From positions 1 through 24,232 of the forward strand of contig JAEOTR010000051.1 in NCBI GenBank assembly GCA_016839705.1: a stretch of 24,232 nt of DNA. Direction: 5' to 3'. The notes beneath the pieces are model-generated. The model searched no databases, was not told the origin of the DNA, and saw only the letters and a program-made list of their open reading frames with translations. Source of the DNA: Promethearchaeota archaeon (lineage in GTDB: Archaea > Asgardarchaeota > Lokiarchaeia > Sigyniarchaeales > SOKP01). Both the position numbers and the translations under genes were made by a program. The stretch's first letter is position 1, and the number at the start of each line of letters is the position of its first letter. Positions 8,556-17,044 of this stretch are shown here, piece after piece.

Positions 8556-9749
8556 TCATTGAGTTTCTTTTTTTAAACCATAAAATAATTTATCAAGTTG
8601 TACAGGCTCGAGTTTTTCTTTCCATCTAGATTCATTTGACTCGATCCATTTTTTATAATTTGACATGTCTAATTGTTCTATCTCCTCTGGAAAAATTGCT
8701 TTTAATCGTACAATAATGTTTTGAATAACTTCTAAAGACATGTCTTTTTTACCTCTAAGAGCGTCAGTAAGCTGTTCAAAACCGTTATTACGTTTATAAG
8801 GGATTATTAATCTTATGATACTCTTAAGAATCGTATCAAAATATTTTTCTTTAGATGTTGCATCAAAATCTAAGGAAGAACTCGTAAGTAGTCTATTAAT
8901 CTGAGCAATTTTATCATTATCAATAAACATTTCGTTGGTACAAAAATCTATACAACGATTACAATAATAACATTCACCCTTCGTACTGAGATCGAAACTT
9001 TCTAAAGTAGGACAAATTTTCCCACAAATTCCACACTCATTACAATAGGGAGTTCTTCTAATTTTCAACGGACTAACTTTACCGAATAGAAATGCTAAAG
9101 CACCAAAAGGGCAGAAAAATCTGCAGAAGGGACGATATATGAAGATACTAATGAAAATAGTTAAAATAAACAAAATAAATGCTATAAATATAGCCAGATT
9201 TAATGGTGTCCATAAAATAAGAAACCCATTAATAGGATTCATAAATAAAGTTATCTCTAACCCCCATATAGCTGAAAATATCGCATAAGCCACAAAAAAT
9301 CCCCATCGTAAATAATTTTTCTTCTTCCAATATCTTCGATTATAATTCAATTTCGTTTTAAACCGCACCATCGATGCTATTTCTTGTATCGCTCCTAATG
9401 GGCATACATAACCACAAAAAATTCTGCCAAAAACTAATGTTAAACCTAGAAATATCGAAAGTCTTATTATTAAAGACACCAAGCGATTTGGAAAAATAAG
9501 ATCAGCAAATATATGTTGTATTACCAAAACTACATTAGGAACACCACCTAAGATTATCCCTCCAAAAATAAATGAAACTGATAATAGGACTAGCTTTATT
9601 TTGTTGTTTAGTTTTTGCTTTCGTAATAAGATTCCCGCAAGCAGACCAACAGAAATCAGAACTATAAATGATAAGACTATTAAAATTATACTAGAGTTAT
9701 GAGGAAAATATAAAGCTTGTACTGAATCATCAAAGATTTGATTGATCAT
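8556..9749 (-). CDS. Membrane polyferredoxin (NapH/MauN/YccM-like 4Fe-4S binding protein) with C-terminal extension
   Basis: Two CX3CP motifs (GRIFCGYVCPLGA, RPFCRFFCPFGA), several TM helices, and ferredoxin motifs CNECGICGKICP and CYYCNRCIDFC. Confidence 0.88.
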   Translation of the reverse strand: MINQIFDDSVQALYFPHNSSIILIVLSFIVLISVGLLAGILLRKQKLNNKIKLVLLSVSFIFGGIILGGVPNVVLVIQHIFADLIFPNRLVSLIIRLSIFLGLTLVFGRIFCGYVCPLGAIQEIASMVRFKTKLNYNRRYWKKKNYLRWGFFVAYAIFSAIWGLEITLFMNPINGFLILWTPLNLAIFIAFILFILTIFISIFIYRPFCRFFCPFGALAFLFGKVSPLKIRRTPYCNECGICGKICPTLESFDLSTKGECYYCNRCIDFCTNEMFIDNDKIAQINRLLTSSSLDFDATSKEKYFDTILKSIIRLIIPYKRNNGFEQLTDALRGKKDMSLEVIQNIIVRLKAIFPEEIEQLDMSNYKKWIESNESRWKEKLEPVQLDKLFYGLKKETQ

Positions 9750-9881
9750 AAGATTTACAATATTTTATTTTTAATAAAAGATGTGAAAAGATATTTACTA
9801 AATCAATTATATGATTTGTTTTATCTCGCCTGTACAATTTCAAAACCAAATATTGAAATAACCTATAAGATTAGTTCAATT

Positions 9882-10358
9882 ATGAAAGATATAGTTGAAG
9901 AAGTAAGAAATATTATAAAGAAAAATATGTGGTTAGTGTTGTCTACTATCGACGAGCAGAGTCAACCACATAGTTCGGTTGTGGTATATATGACCGATGG
10001 ATATGATATATATTTTGTAACAGGAATAGACACATTAAAAGCAAGAAACATAAGAAATAATGATAAAGTGGCTATAACAATTCCATTTAGAAAGAATTTC
10101 TTTCATAAGTTGATCCCAGCACCACCCGCAGAATTACATTTCAAAGGCATCGCGGAATTTATTTCAAAAGATGATGAAAAGGCAAGGAAAATTATGCAAA
10201 AGATTATAAAATATGAACAAAAAGCGGGGATTCAACAGGAATCAATATGGATAAAAATTACTCCTTCAAACTTAATTGCAACTTTTGGTGTGGGTATTAA
10301 ACTTAGGGATTTAAGAAAACCAGAAAAAGCGAGAAATTTAATCAACATGGGAAACTAA
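9882..10358 (+). CDS. Pyridoxamine 5'-phosphate oxidase-like (FMN/F420-binding split barrel) protein
   Basis: LVLSTID...PHSSVV.Y, IYFVT...TLKARNIRNNDKVAI. ATG 9882 is preferred because the TTG 9738 start overlaps the divergent gene. Confidence 0.85.
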   Translation: MKDIVEEVRNIIKKNMWLVLSTIDEQSQPHSSVVVYMTDGYDIYFVTGIDTLKARNIRNNDKVAITIPFRKNFFHKLIPAPPAELHFKGIAEFISKDDEKARKIMQKIIKYEQKAGIQQESIWIKITPSNLIATFGVGIKLRDLRKPEKARNLINMGN

Positions 10359-10367
10359 TTTTTCAAA

Positions 10368-11153
10368 TTAATTCTCTTCTTTTTGGCATTTGGGGCAAAA
10401 AAAACCATGTCTTCCACCAATTTCGAAACGAGTAATTTCAGTATTGCAGGCTGGACATCGTTCTTCCAATTTACGATGAGGAATCAAAAATTGATTAGGA
10501 TATGTACTTAAATCTCCTTGTTTCTCGATCCCAAATTTCAAAACATCTTTGATATTTGTAAATAGCTCTTTTATCTTGCCTTCGTGAAGAGAATTTATTT
10601 TGGTTTTTGGATGAATTTTTGACCTGAAGAGGATTTCGTCAGAATAAATATTCCCCACACCAGCGATAAAACTCTGATTTAGAAAAGCATTTTTAATGAT
10701 AGCTGTTCTTTTTTCCACTGCCCCCTTAAAATCTTCAAAGCCCATTTTGTAGGCATCTAACCCGAGTTTTTTATTTTTAATAAATTCCTCAATTGAGTCT
10801 ACAATATCCAATTTTCCGAACATTCTAGTAGATATATAAGCTAAATTAAAGTCGGTATTAAATTGAAATATAACCTTACTGTATTTAGGTGGATCATCTT
10901 TTTTATTATAATACTCCAAATCTCCCGTCATTCCAAAATGCATGACAAGATATCGAGGGTTGAGAAACACAAGAAGATACTTACCATGTCTAATTGATGA
11001 TTCAAATTTCTTGCCAAGTAAAGATTCTTTCAAGAAAGACTCATCAATTTTCAAAATTCTATGATCAGTTACTATTATCTTCTTAATTAATTGTTTTAAA
11101 GATGTTTTATCTAAATATCGCTTAAAAGTTTCCACTTCAGGGAGTTCTGGCAT
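10368..11153 (-). CDS. mutM: Fpg/Nei family DNA glycosylase/AP lyase (MutM-like)
   Basis: N-terminal MPELPEVE, RHGKYL, HFGMTG, H2TH motif AGVGNIYSDEILF, and C-terminal zinc finger CPAC...GGR...CPKCQ. Confidence 0.95.
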   Translation of the reverse strand: MPELPEVETFKRYLDKTSLKQLIKKIIVTDHRILKIDESFLKESLLGKKFESSIRHGKYLLVFLNPRYLVMHFGMTGDLEYYNKKDDPPKYSKVIFQFNTDFNLAYISTRMFGKLDIVDSIEEFIKNKKLGLDAYKMGFEDFKGAVEKRTAIIKNAFLNQSFIAGVGNIYSDEILFRSKIHPKTKINSLHEGKIKELFTNIKDVLKFGIEKQGDLSTYPNQFLIPHRKLEERCPACNTEITRFEIGGRHGFFCPKCQKEEN

Positions 11154-11202
11154 AATTACTAAGAAAATACAAGATAAATATTATAGAATTTTGAAATTAT
11201 TC

Positions 11203-11253
11203 GATAGATACAATAGACAAACACATCTTTTAAACTTCTATCTTCACTAGTTC
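11203..11253 (-). promoter_or_regulatory. Copy 1 of a 51-bp dispersed intergenic element (candidate promoter/operator module)
   Basis: 41/51 ungapped identity with 16189-16239 and a perfect core CACATCTTTTAAACTTC at 11222-11238. Minus strand reads GAAG-TTTAAAA (BRE/TATA-like) pointing to fpg. Confidence 0.65.
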
Positions 11254-11330
11254 TAGACATTAATAAAAAGAATTTTAAAGGAGAATCTCCATTAATGGAT
11301 TAAATTTAATTATAAAAAGGATATGATTTT

Positions 11331-12302
11331 ATGGAAGTACAAATTGGAAAAATGATTTTACACGGGTTTCTCTCCGCTGTTTTCTATATAGTGGTACCCT
11401 TAATCTTATTTGAAGTTCTTGGTGCGTTAGGAATTATGAGCTTTACCCAAGCGTTTAAAACTTCTATTTTAATATTTGGAATTGTTGGTGTTGTCATTTC
11501 GATGCTAAGGCATTTATTTCCAAAAGATTCACCAGCAAATAGATTAGTTGCTTTTGGTGCAACTGTTTTTTCTGGTATTTACCTATTTTATATGTTTGGG
11601 GGCTTTACTCCTGGTGTATCTTATGGTACCTATGCAATTTCTTTCGGACCAATTGCAGCTCTTTTAGGTTTGCAATTAATTGCATGGACATTGTTAGCAT
11701 CATCGGCAATAAGGGCATTACAATATTTAGTTGAAGCAATAGAACTTCGAAAACAAAAGGAGTACAGTGTGAGTGTAAAAAGAAAATTTAAACTCAGCAA
11801 AGTTTTCAAAGTCTTTGGAACAATTACGAGTTTAGTCATCTTAGGATACTTTGGTTCTTTAGTTTATAGTGGGTTGAACCTCGGTTTTCATATTGATGAT
11901 TCTTTTGTCCCTGGTCATGATGATGGGGGATCTCCTCTTGATCCATCTGATGACACACTAAATATTACTATGTCTTTTGATGTGAGTAACCAAGGGATAT
12001 ATGCAATTTATGATGTGTCTATTGATGTACGCTTTATTGTAGAGACTTCAACAAATACCAGTGCTCTACCACTAGGTACTATAGTTGGAATATCTTTAAG
12101 TAATTATTATGGCACGTTTCATTCCTTTACAGCATACCCTGATAACGATGTAACTGTAATTATCGATCCATCTTGGGTTGAGGCATTCTTAACCACAACT
12201 TGTACATTAGAATTCAAGATTTCGTTTTCAACTTTATATGCCGGAATTCTTGTAGATTTAAACGTATCACTTCCTAATATACCCTGGACGGCTATTCTCT
12301 AA
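11331..12302 (+). CDS. Hypothetical membrane protein (4 TM, basic linker, anchor TM, acidic beta-rich domain)
   Basis: 323-aa ORF with AAAGGA upstream, clear hydrophobic segments and a T-tract after the stop. No family recognised with confidence. Confidence 0.75.
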   Translation: MEVQIGKMILHGFLSAVFYIVVPLILFEVLGALGIMSFTQAFKTSILIFGIVGVVISMLRHLFPKDSPANRLVAFGATVFSGIYLFYMFGGFTPGVSYGTYAISFGPIAALLGLQLIAWTLLASSAIRALQYLVEAIELRKQKEYSVSVKRKFKLSKVFKVFGTITSLVILGYFGSLVYSGLNLGFHIDDSFVPGHDDGGSPLDPSDDTLNITMSFDVSNQGIYAIYDVSIDVRFIVETSTNTSALPLGTIVGISLSNYYGTFHSFTAYPDNDVTVIIDPSWVEAFLTTTCTLEFKISFSTLYAGILVDLNVSLPNIPWTAIL

Positions 12303-12321
12303 AACATTTATTAGTTAAATC

Positions 12322-12338
12322 TTTTTATTCTTTTTTTT
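12322..12338 (+). terminator. T-tract terminator candidate between convergent genes
   Basis: TTTTTATTCTTTTTTTT begins 20 nt after the stop at 12302. Confidence 0.45.
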
Positions 12339-12365
12339 AATTGATTAAATAAATTATATAAATAA

Positions 12366-13331
12366 TTATTCTTGTAAGGATATTGCCACCTTTCCTTTTG
12401 GATGACCTTCTTCATAGTATTTATGGGCTTCGGCAATCTGACTCAATGGATAAACTTTATCAACTACAGATTTAACCTTTTCAGCTTCAATTAGATCTCT
12501 GAGATAATCAAGTTTTTCAGCATTAACATTACCCATGTACCCTTTTACATTTTTATTCAACATATATTTAAACATCACTGATTGAAAGTCAACTGTAACA
12601 AAAATCCCATTCTTAGTTAATGAGTTTTTACATTTTGAGTATGAAGTTACCCCTCTTCCCACCGCGTCAAAGACAACATCGTAAGTTTGTCCATTTTTAG
12701 TAAAATCCTCCTTAGTATAATCAATCACAGCATTTGCTCCAAGAGATTCTACTAAACTTACAGCACTTGTACTACATACCCCTGTTACTTCAGTCGTATA
12801 TGTATTCGCAATTTGCATAGCATAAGTTCCTACTCCTCCAGAAGCACCAAAGATAAGCACTCTTTGCCCCTCTTTAATGACAACACTATCTCTAAGCCCA
12901 GTCAAAGCTGTGCCACCCGCATCAGGTACTGTCGCTGCTTCTATATGGCTCATATTAGCTGGCCTTGTTGCCGCAAACTTTTCAGGGACGCGTACATACT
13001 CGGCATTTGCACCAGGGGATCTGAGACATGCATAAATAAGATCACCTTTTTTAAATTTTTTAATCTTTCCTCCTACAGATTCAACCTCTCCAGATACATC
13101 AAATCCTAAAATTTTATGTTTTGGTTTTTTAAATCCTGCCATTAATTTGGTCATCCCAAATAAAAGAGATTCACCACTACGAAAAATCATATCTAGGGCG
13201 TTAACTGACGTTGCATGCACCTTAACAAGCAATTCATCATCCTTAGGTGTAGGTTTTTCCACTTCTTTTAATTCAAACACATCAGAAGAACCAAATTCCT
13301 CGTATATGATCGCTTTCATGATGTTTTTCAT
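12366..13331 (-). CDS. NAD(P)-dependent medium-chain reductase (Zn-independent MDR, quinone oxidoreductase/RTN4IP1-like)
   Basis: MKAIIYEEFG, VKVHATSVN, ILGFDVSGEV, GANAEY, GASGGVG, IDYT, VDKVYPL, GKV. No Zn-ligand cysteines. The start may be ATG 13319. Confidence 0.92.
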   Translation of the reverse strand: MKNIMKAIIYEEFGSSDVFELKEVEKPTPKDDELLVKVHATSVNALDMIFRSGESLLFGMTKLMAGFKKPKHKILGFDVSGEVESVGGKIKKFKKGDLIYACLRSPGANAEYVRVPEKFAATRPANMSHIEAATVPDAGGTALTGLRDSVVIKEGQRVLIFGASGGVGTYAMQIANTYTTEVTGVCSTSAVSLVESLGANAVIDYTKEDFTKNGQTYDVVFDAVGRGVTSYSKCKNSLTKNGIFVTVDFQSVMFKYMLNKNVKGYMGNVNAEKLDYLRDLIEAEKVKSVVDKVYPLSQIAEAHKYYEEGHPKGKVAISLQE

Positions 13332-13477
13332 ATATGTAGAATCAATATATAATATTTAGCTAAAGTCAAGAATTTAAAGAAAAATCAGAGAGTCATTTCT
13401 ACTCATAGAATAAACTACTAATAAAGATTAATAATATCTATTCTTTATTCCTAAATAAAATAGAAGTTTGATGTAAT

Positions 13478-14191
13478 ATGGCATTCGAGAAAGAGAAGTT
13501 CAGTGATAGTGAAAAGATTGATTCAAATGATCCTACATGCTTTAAATGTGATAGCATAAGTCATTGTACGGTTGGGAGACCGAATAAGGAGTTAGAAAAT
13601 TGCCCGATGAGAGTAAGTCCTGAAATTACGAAGAAGGCAATGGAATTGTATGAATCGGATGAATTCATAAAAAAATCTACTAATGTTGCATCTATCGTGG
13701 AAGCTAAAGGATATATACATTGGCCTCGTTTAAAAGACACCATAGAATATGCGAAAGGTATGGGATTTAAGAAGCTTGGAATTGCCTCTTGTGTAGGCAT
13801 GCAAAAAGAAGCAGAATTAACAGCAAATATTCTTCTTAGCTATGGTTTTGATGTATGTTCAGTATGCTGCAAAACAGGGTCAATTAATAAAATTAATGTA
13901 GGTGTACCAAAAGAATATTCTATGGTATCAAAAACAGGCTATCCAATTGGTTTTGTAACATGTAATCCTGTTGCACAAGCATTACTCTTGAATAAAGCTA
14001 AAACAGATTTGAATCTAATAGTAGGTTTGTGTGTAGGACATGATATTAACTTTACTCGTCTTTCAGATGCCCCTGTGACTACATTTATTGCAAAAGATAG
14101 GTCAAATCCTCATAATCCCGCAGCAGCTTTATATACCCATTATGGAAAGGCATTCTTTTCCGCAGATTTGAAAGATTTGGCTCTCAAATAG
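13478..14191 (+). CDS. DUF1847-family Cys-rich putative metal-binding protein
   Basis: CxxC..C..CP N-terminus, WPRL, KKLGIASCVG, VCCK, CNPVAQA, GLCVGHD, KDR...HNP. Confidence 0.88.
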   Translation: MAFEKEKFSDSEKIDSNDPTCFKCDSISHCTVGRPNKELENCPMRVSPEITKKAMELYESDEFIKKSTNVASIVEAKGYIHWPRLKDTIEYAKGMGFKKLGIASCVGMQKEAELTANILLSYGFDVCSVCCKTGSINKINVGVPKEYSMVSKTGYPIGFVTCNPVAQALLLNKAKTDLNLIVGLCVGHDINFTRLSDAPVTTFIAKDRSNPHNPAAALYTHYGKAFFSADLKDLALK

Positions 14192-14220
14192 TATTTTTTA
14201 TGCTTTTTAATTAATTATTA

Positions 14221-14631
14221 TTACTCTGATTTAAGGTGCTTTACTGATTCACTTACAAGTTCCTTCAGTTTTTCCATATCGATATCTTTTAATTTGTTTA
14301 TATATAAACATGATTTACCAGTTCTAAATTTCCCTAAATCATTAAGTATTTCATCATATTTCTCAAAACCAGACGTAAGATATACTGTTAAATTCTGTTT
14401 TCTAGGAGAGAAACCTACTAAAAACCAATCTGCTTCACGTCCGCTGGCATATTTATAGTGATAAGTTCCAAATCCCACAATACTATCTCCCCACATGATA
14501 GGTTCTTCCTTCGTGACTTCCTTCAATAGATTTAAGATCTTATAACTGTCTTCCCGTTTGGTTGGATGATCAACCTTCTTAAGAAAATCATCAACACTCT
14601 TTTTAGTAGGTCTTGTCTTTAATTCAGTCAT
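14221..14631 (-). CDS. DUF1801 (YdhG-like) domain protein
   Basis: MWGDSIVGFG.YHYKY.SGRE.DW, GFSPRK, LGK..TGKSCLYI.KL.DID. Confidence 0.9.
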   Translation of the reverse strand: MTELKTRPTKKSVDDFLKKVDHPTKREDSYKILNLLKEVTKEEPIMWGDSIVGFGTYHYKYASGREADWFLVGFSPRKQNLTVYLTSGFEKYDEILNDLGKFRTGKSCLYINKLKDIDMEKLKELVSESVKHLKSE

Positions 14632-14722
14632 AGGAATAATTGATATAATAGGATATTAAAAAATTCTTTTTATAGTTTATAATCTCTATGAAGATTAATT
14701 GAAGAGTGAAATTTCCTAAATC

Positions 14723-16144
14723 TTAAGAATCAGGTTGTTTCTTAATTCCTAATATTCCCATTTTATCTATTTCTACTTGTTCTATCATATGAGGACTCAA
14801 TTTACGAATAGCTAGGATAAAAATTGGGATTAAACATAATCCAATATAAATCGAAATTATAAAAGGGAGGTTATAATCTAATGTATCCCATAATATACCT
14901 CCTATTAATGGACCGATTACTCTTCCTAATCTATCAATCCACATGTGTAAACCAAATATTTTCCCTCTATGTTTTATGGAAATCCGACTCATAATGGCCT
15001 GTATGAGATATCCATTCGACTCTGTTGCTATATATAGAAAAATTAGAATAATCGCAAAATCAATAGCACTAAATGCACTAATCAACAACCAAATCATTAA
15101 AGATTTGAAAATACCAATAATAATAACACTTAAAAGAGGAGAGATACGGTCATATGATCTACCCAATTTTGATGCCACTAGTTGAGAAAGAACTTGAGCT
15201 GGAAAATAGACAATCATTACAATTATTGGAATTATCCTCTCGGAAAATTCAGGCAAAAGAGATTCAATTAAATATGCTGAAACAAATGGTGAATATATTG
15301 TTCCAGTTATAGATGTGGCTAAAATGCCCAGAATGAGAATACAGAAACCGATATAAAAAGTTTTTTGATCTTTTTTATCATCGTTTGCATTGGATTCTAT
15401 AATTTCAATATCTTCATTTTCATTAATAGTGTTTCTAAATCCATTGCTATTGTTTGATGTTAAGCTATACTCATTTAATGTAGCAATAAATATCTCATAA
15501 GTTAGATCTTCATCTACCTTTTTATAAAAGCGGTATCCTGCAATCAAATTAATTATAGCGAATATTAAAAGAGGACTATACATTAATGGAATATTTTCAG
15601 GAATAAAAATACTTACGAGGGCAAAGATGGGAATACTGATAAAGGCCCCCATCAAGAATCCATACCCAATCATCTTTCCTCTTCCCGTTGCTAAAGCTTG
15701 AGTCCTATTGCCTTTGAAAGATTTTTCGGAAATTAATGAAAAAAAGGGGGGCCAGAAAAATGCTACGAGCAAACCTTGAACGAATGTGCCTATTCCAAAT
15801 AAAACTAAGTTGGGTATAACAAGTGAAATCCAGTATAGAAAATAAGCGATCGTTCGACCCATTGAACCAACTAGAACTAACCTCTTTTTTGAGGTACGAT
15901 CTGTTAGATAAGCAATTAAAGGCATTGAAAAAAGTCTTGCTAAAGGCTGTAGGGACATAATAACACCCAAATCAATTCCAGAGCCCCCAAAGTAATAAAT
16001 CACCACATATGATTTTAAGAACATGAAAAATATAAAACCCAACCCGGACCAAAACGTAATCCTTATCATAGCTTTAAAATCAGGGGTCGTTTTTAATAGC
16101 TCAGATGATTTCCTATCCTTGGATTTGGGTTTTGATTGAAACAA
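14723..16144 (-). CDS. MFS transporter
   Basis: About 12 TM in two halves, motif A-like AYLTDRTSKK and GRSYDRISP, HRGKIFG, IGPLIGG.LW. The TTG start is uncertain (alternative ATG at 16069). Confidence 0.88.
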   Translation of the reverse strand: MFQSKPKSKDRKSSELLKTTPDFKAMIRITFWSGLGFIFFMFLKSYVVIYYFGGSGIDLGVIMSLQPLARLFSMPLIAYLTDRTSKKRLVLVGSMGRTIAYFLYWISLVIPNLVLFGIGTFVQGLLVAFFWPPFFSLISEKSFKGNRTQALATGRGKMIGYGFLMGAFISIPIFALVSIFIPENIPLMYSPLLIFAIINLIAGYRFYKKVDEDLTYEIFIATLNEYSLTSNNSNGFRNTINENEDIEIIESNANDDKKDQKTFYIGFCILILGILATSITGTIYSPFVSAYLIESLLPEFSERIIPIIVMIVYFPAQVLSQLVASKLGRSYDRISPLLSVIIIGIFKSLMIWLLISAFSAIDFAIILIFLYIATESNGYLIQAIMSRISIKHRGKIFGLHMWIDRLGRVIGPLIGGILWDTLDYNLPFIISIYIGLCLIPIFILAIRKLSPHMIEQVEIDKMGILGIKKQPDS

Positions 16145-16188
16145 AATTGAGACACAATGGTCAAATTAATTAAATTCTATAATTAGCT

Positions 16189-16239
16189 GATAGATAAGAA
16201 AGAGAAGCACATCTTTTAAACTTCAATTTTTACAATTTC
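16189..16239 (-). promoter_or_regulatory. Copy 2 of the 51-bp dispersed intergenic element
   Basis: 41/51 identity with 11203-11253, core CACATCTTTTAAACTTC at 16208-16224. Same orientation and similar distance to the leftward gene (MFS). Confidence 0.65.
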
Positions 16240-16344
16240 CTTATTTTTGATTCTGGAATCACCTCCTAACTTTATATATAATAGCAACTAAAGGTTTATT
16301 TAATATATATTGAATACAATAAATCTAATCACTGGTGAATATGA

Positions 16345-16935
16345 ATGAGTAATGAATCGAAAAAAGATATTGCTGATGTGGTCAAACAAATTTCTACTAC
16401 TAGTGTTGGTACTAGTGTTGCTACTGCTGCTGCTTTACTTGGAGCTGATCTCGTAGTAGTTGCTCTTGCTTGGGACAATCCACCTGATGAGGGAGGAATT
16501 ATAACAATTACATTTTTAATGTTGATTTCGTTTGTGGCTTTTATTAATGTTTTACACCATATAATGAGAACTGAGTGGTTAATTTCGCGTTTAAGAATGA
16601 AAGGAATTGATGAAAAGGCACGAAAGAACGATCCTATAGAAATTTCCCATATTATGAAATCGGTTCGTTTTATGCATTTATCTAGCCTGCTGTTTACGAT
16701 GATTGCTTTCTGGATAATTAGTTATAAATATTTACTTGAAACCCCACACGGATATCATCCTGTTATATTAATTCTTCCTTTTGTTCTATTCCTCCTATAT
16801 TGGATACCAAAAATAAGGGGTGTAGAAAGAGAAGTTTCAATTCGTTCACATGAGTCTTTAATACAGCTCCTTATCCAAGTTATCTTTCTTGTTCTTATCT
16901 GCTTAGACTTCTTTAGAATTTTAACTATTCCCTAA
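16345..16935 (+). CDS. Hypothetical membrane protein (about 5 TM)
   Basis: GGTGA SD-like motif upstream of the ATG, hydrophobic helices, T-tract directly after the stop. No family recognised. Confidence 0.72.
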   Translation: MSNESKKDIADVVKQISTTSVGTSVATAAALLGADLVVVALAWDNPPDEGGIITITFLMLISFVAFINVLHHIMRTEWLISRLRMKGIDEKARKNDPIEISHIMKSVRFMHLSSLLFTMIAFWIISYKYLLETPHGYHPVILILPFVLFLLYWIPKIRGVEREVSIRSHESLIQLLIQVIFLVLICLDFFRILTIP

Positions 16936-16953
16936 TTTTTTTTCCTTTCTTTT
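16936..16953 (+). terminator. T-tract terminator candidate
   Basis: TTTTTTTTCCTTTCTTTT immediately follows the TAA at 16935. Confidence 0.45.
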
Positions 16954-17044
16954 AGTAAACAGAAGAAGATAATTCATTATTACATAGATAATCTCATTTC
17001 AGACCTAAAAAGCTATAAAGTTACCTAAATTAAAACAATAATCA

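Noticed and set aside
8520-8558. Selenocysteine read-through at TGA stops (256, 7481, 8556, 20815)
   Set aside because: Each TGA falls at a natural C-terminus and is followed by AT-rich non-coding sequence and early stops. The Cys-rich proteins have complete Cys motifs with no internal TGA.
9738-9881. N-terminal extensions given by the ORF track (9738, 899, 5772, 24213 starts)
   Set aside because: These extensions overlap neighbouring genes or promoter-like AT-rich DNA and have no family similarity. Downstream ATGs (9882, 938, 5730, 24126) fit better.
15370-15480. Asn/Asp/Glu-rich insertion in the MFS protein as an intein or mobile insert
   Set aside because: It is short, has no intein terminal motifs, and sits at the central cytoplasmic loop, where length variation is normal for MFS proteins.
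16230-16262. Possible leader peptide on the minus strand (GTG-IPESKIRKL-stop) upstream of the MFS gene
   Set aside because: The GTG lies inside the SD word itself, the ORF is only 10 codons, and it has no informative residue bias.
16398-16433. Tandem 12-bp repeat (TACTAGTGTTGG/TACTAGTGTTGC/TACTGCTGCTGC) in the 16345 gene
   Set aside because: Only 2-3 degenerate in-frame units encoding TSVG-TSVA-TAAA. Explained by low-complexity protein sequence and not a CRISPR or contingency locus.
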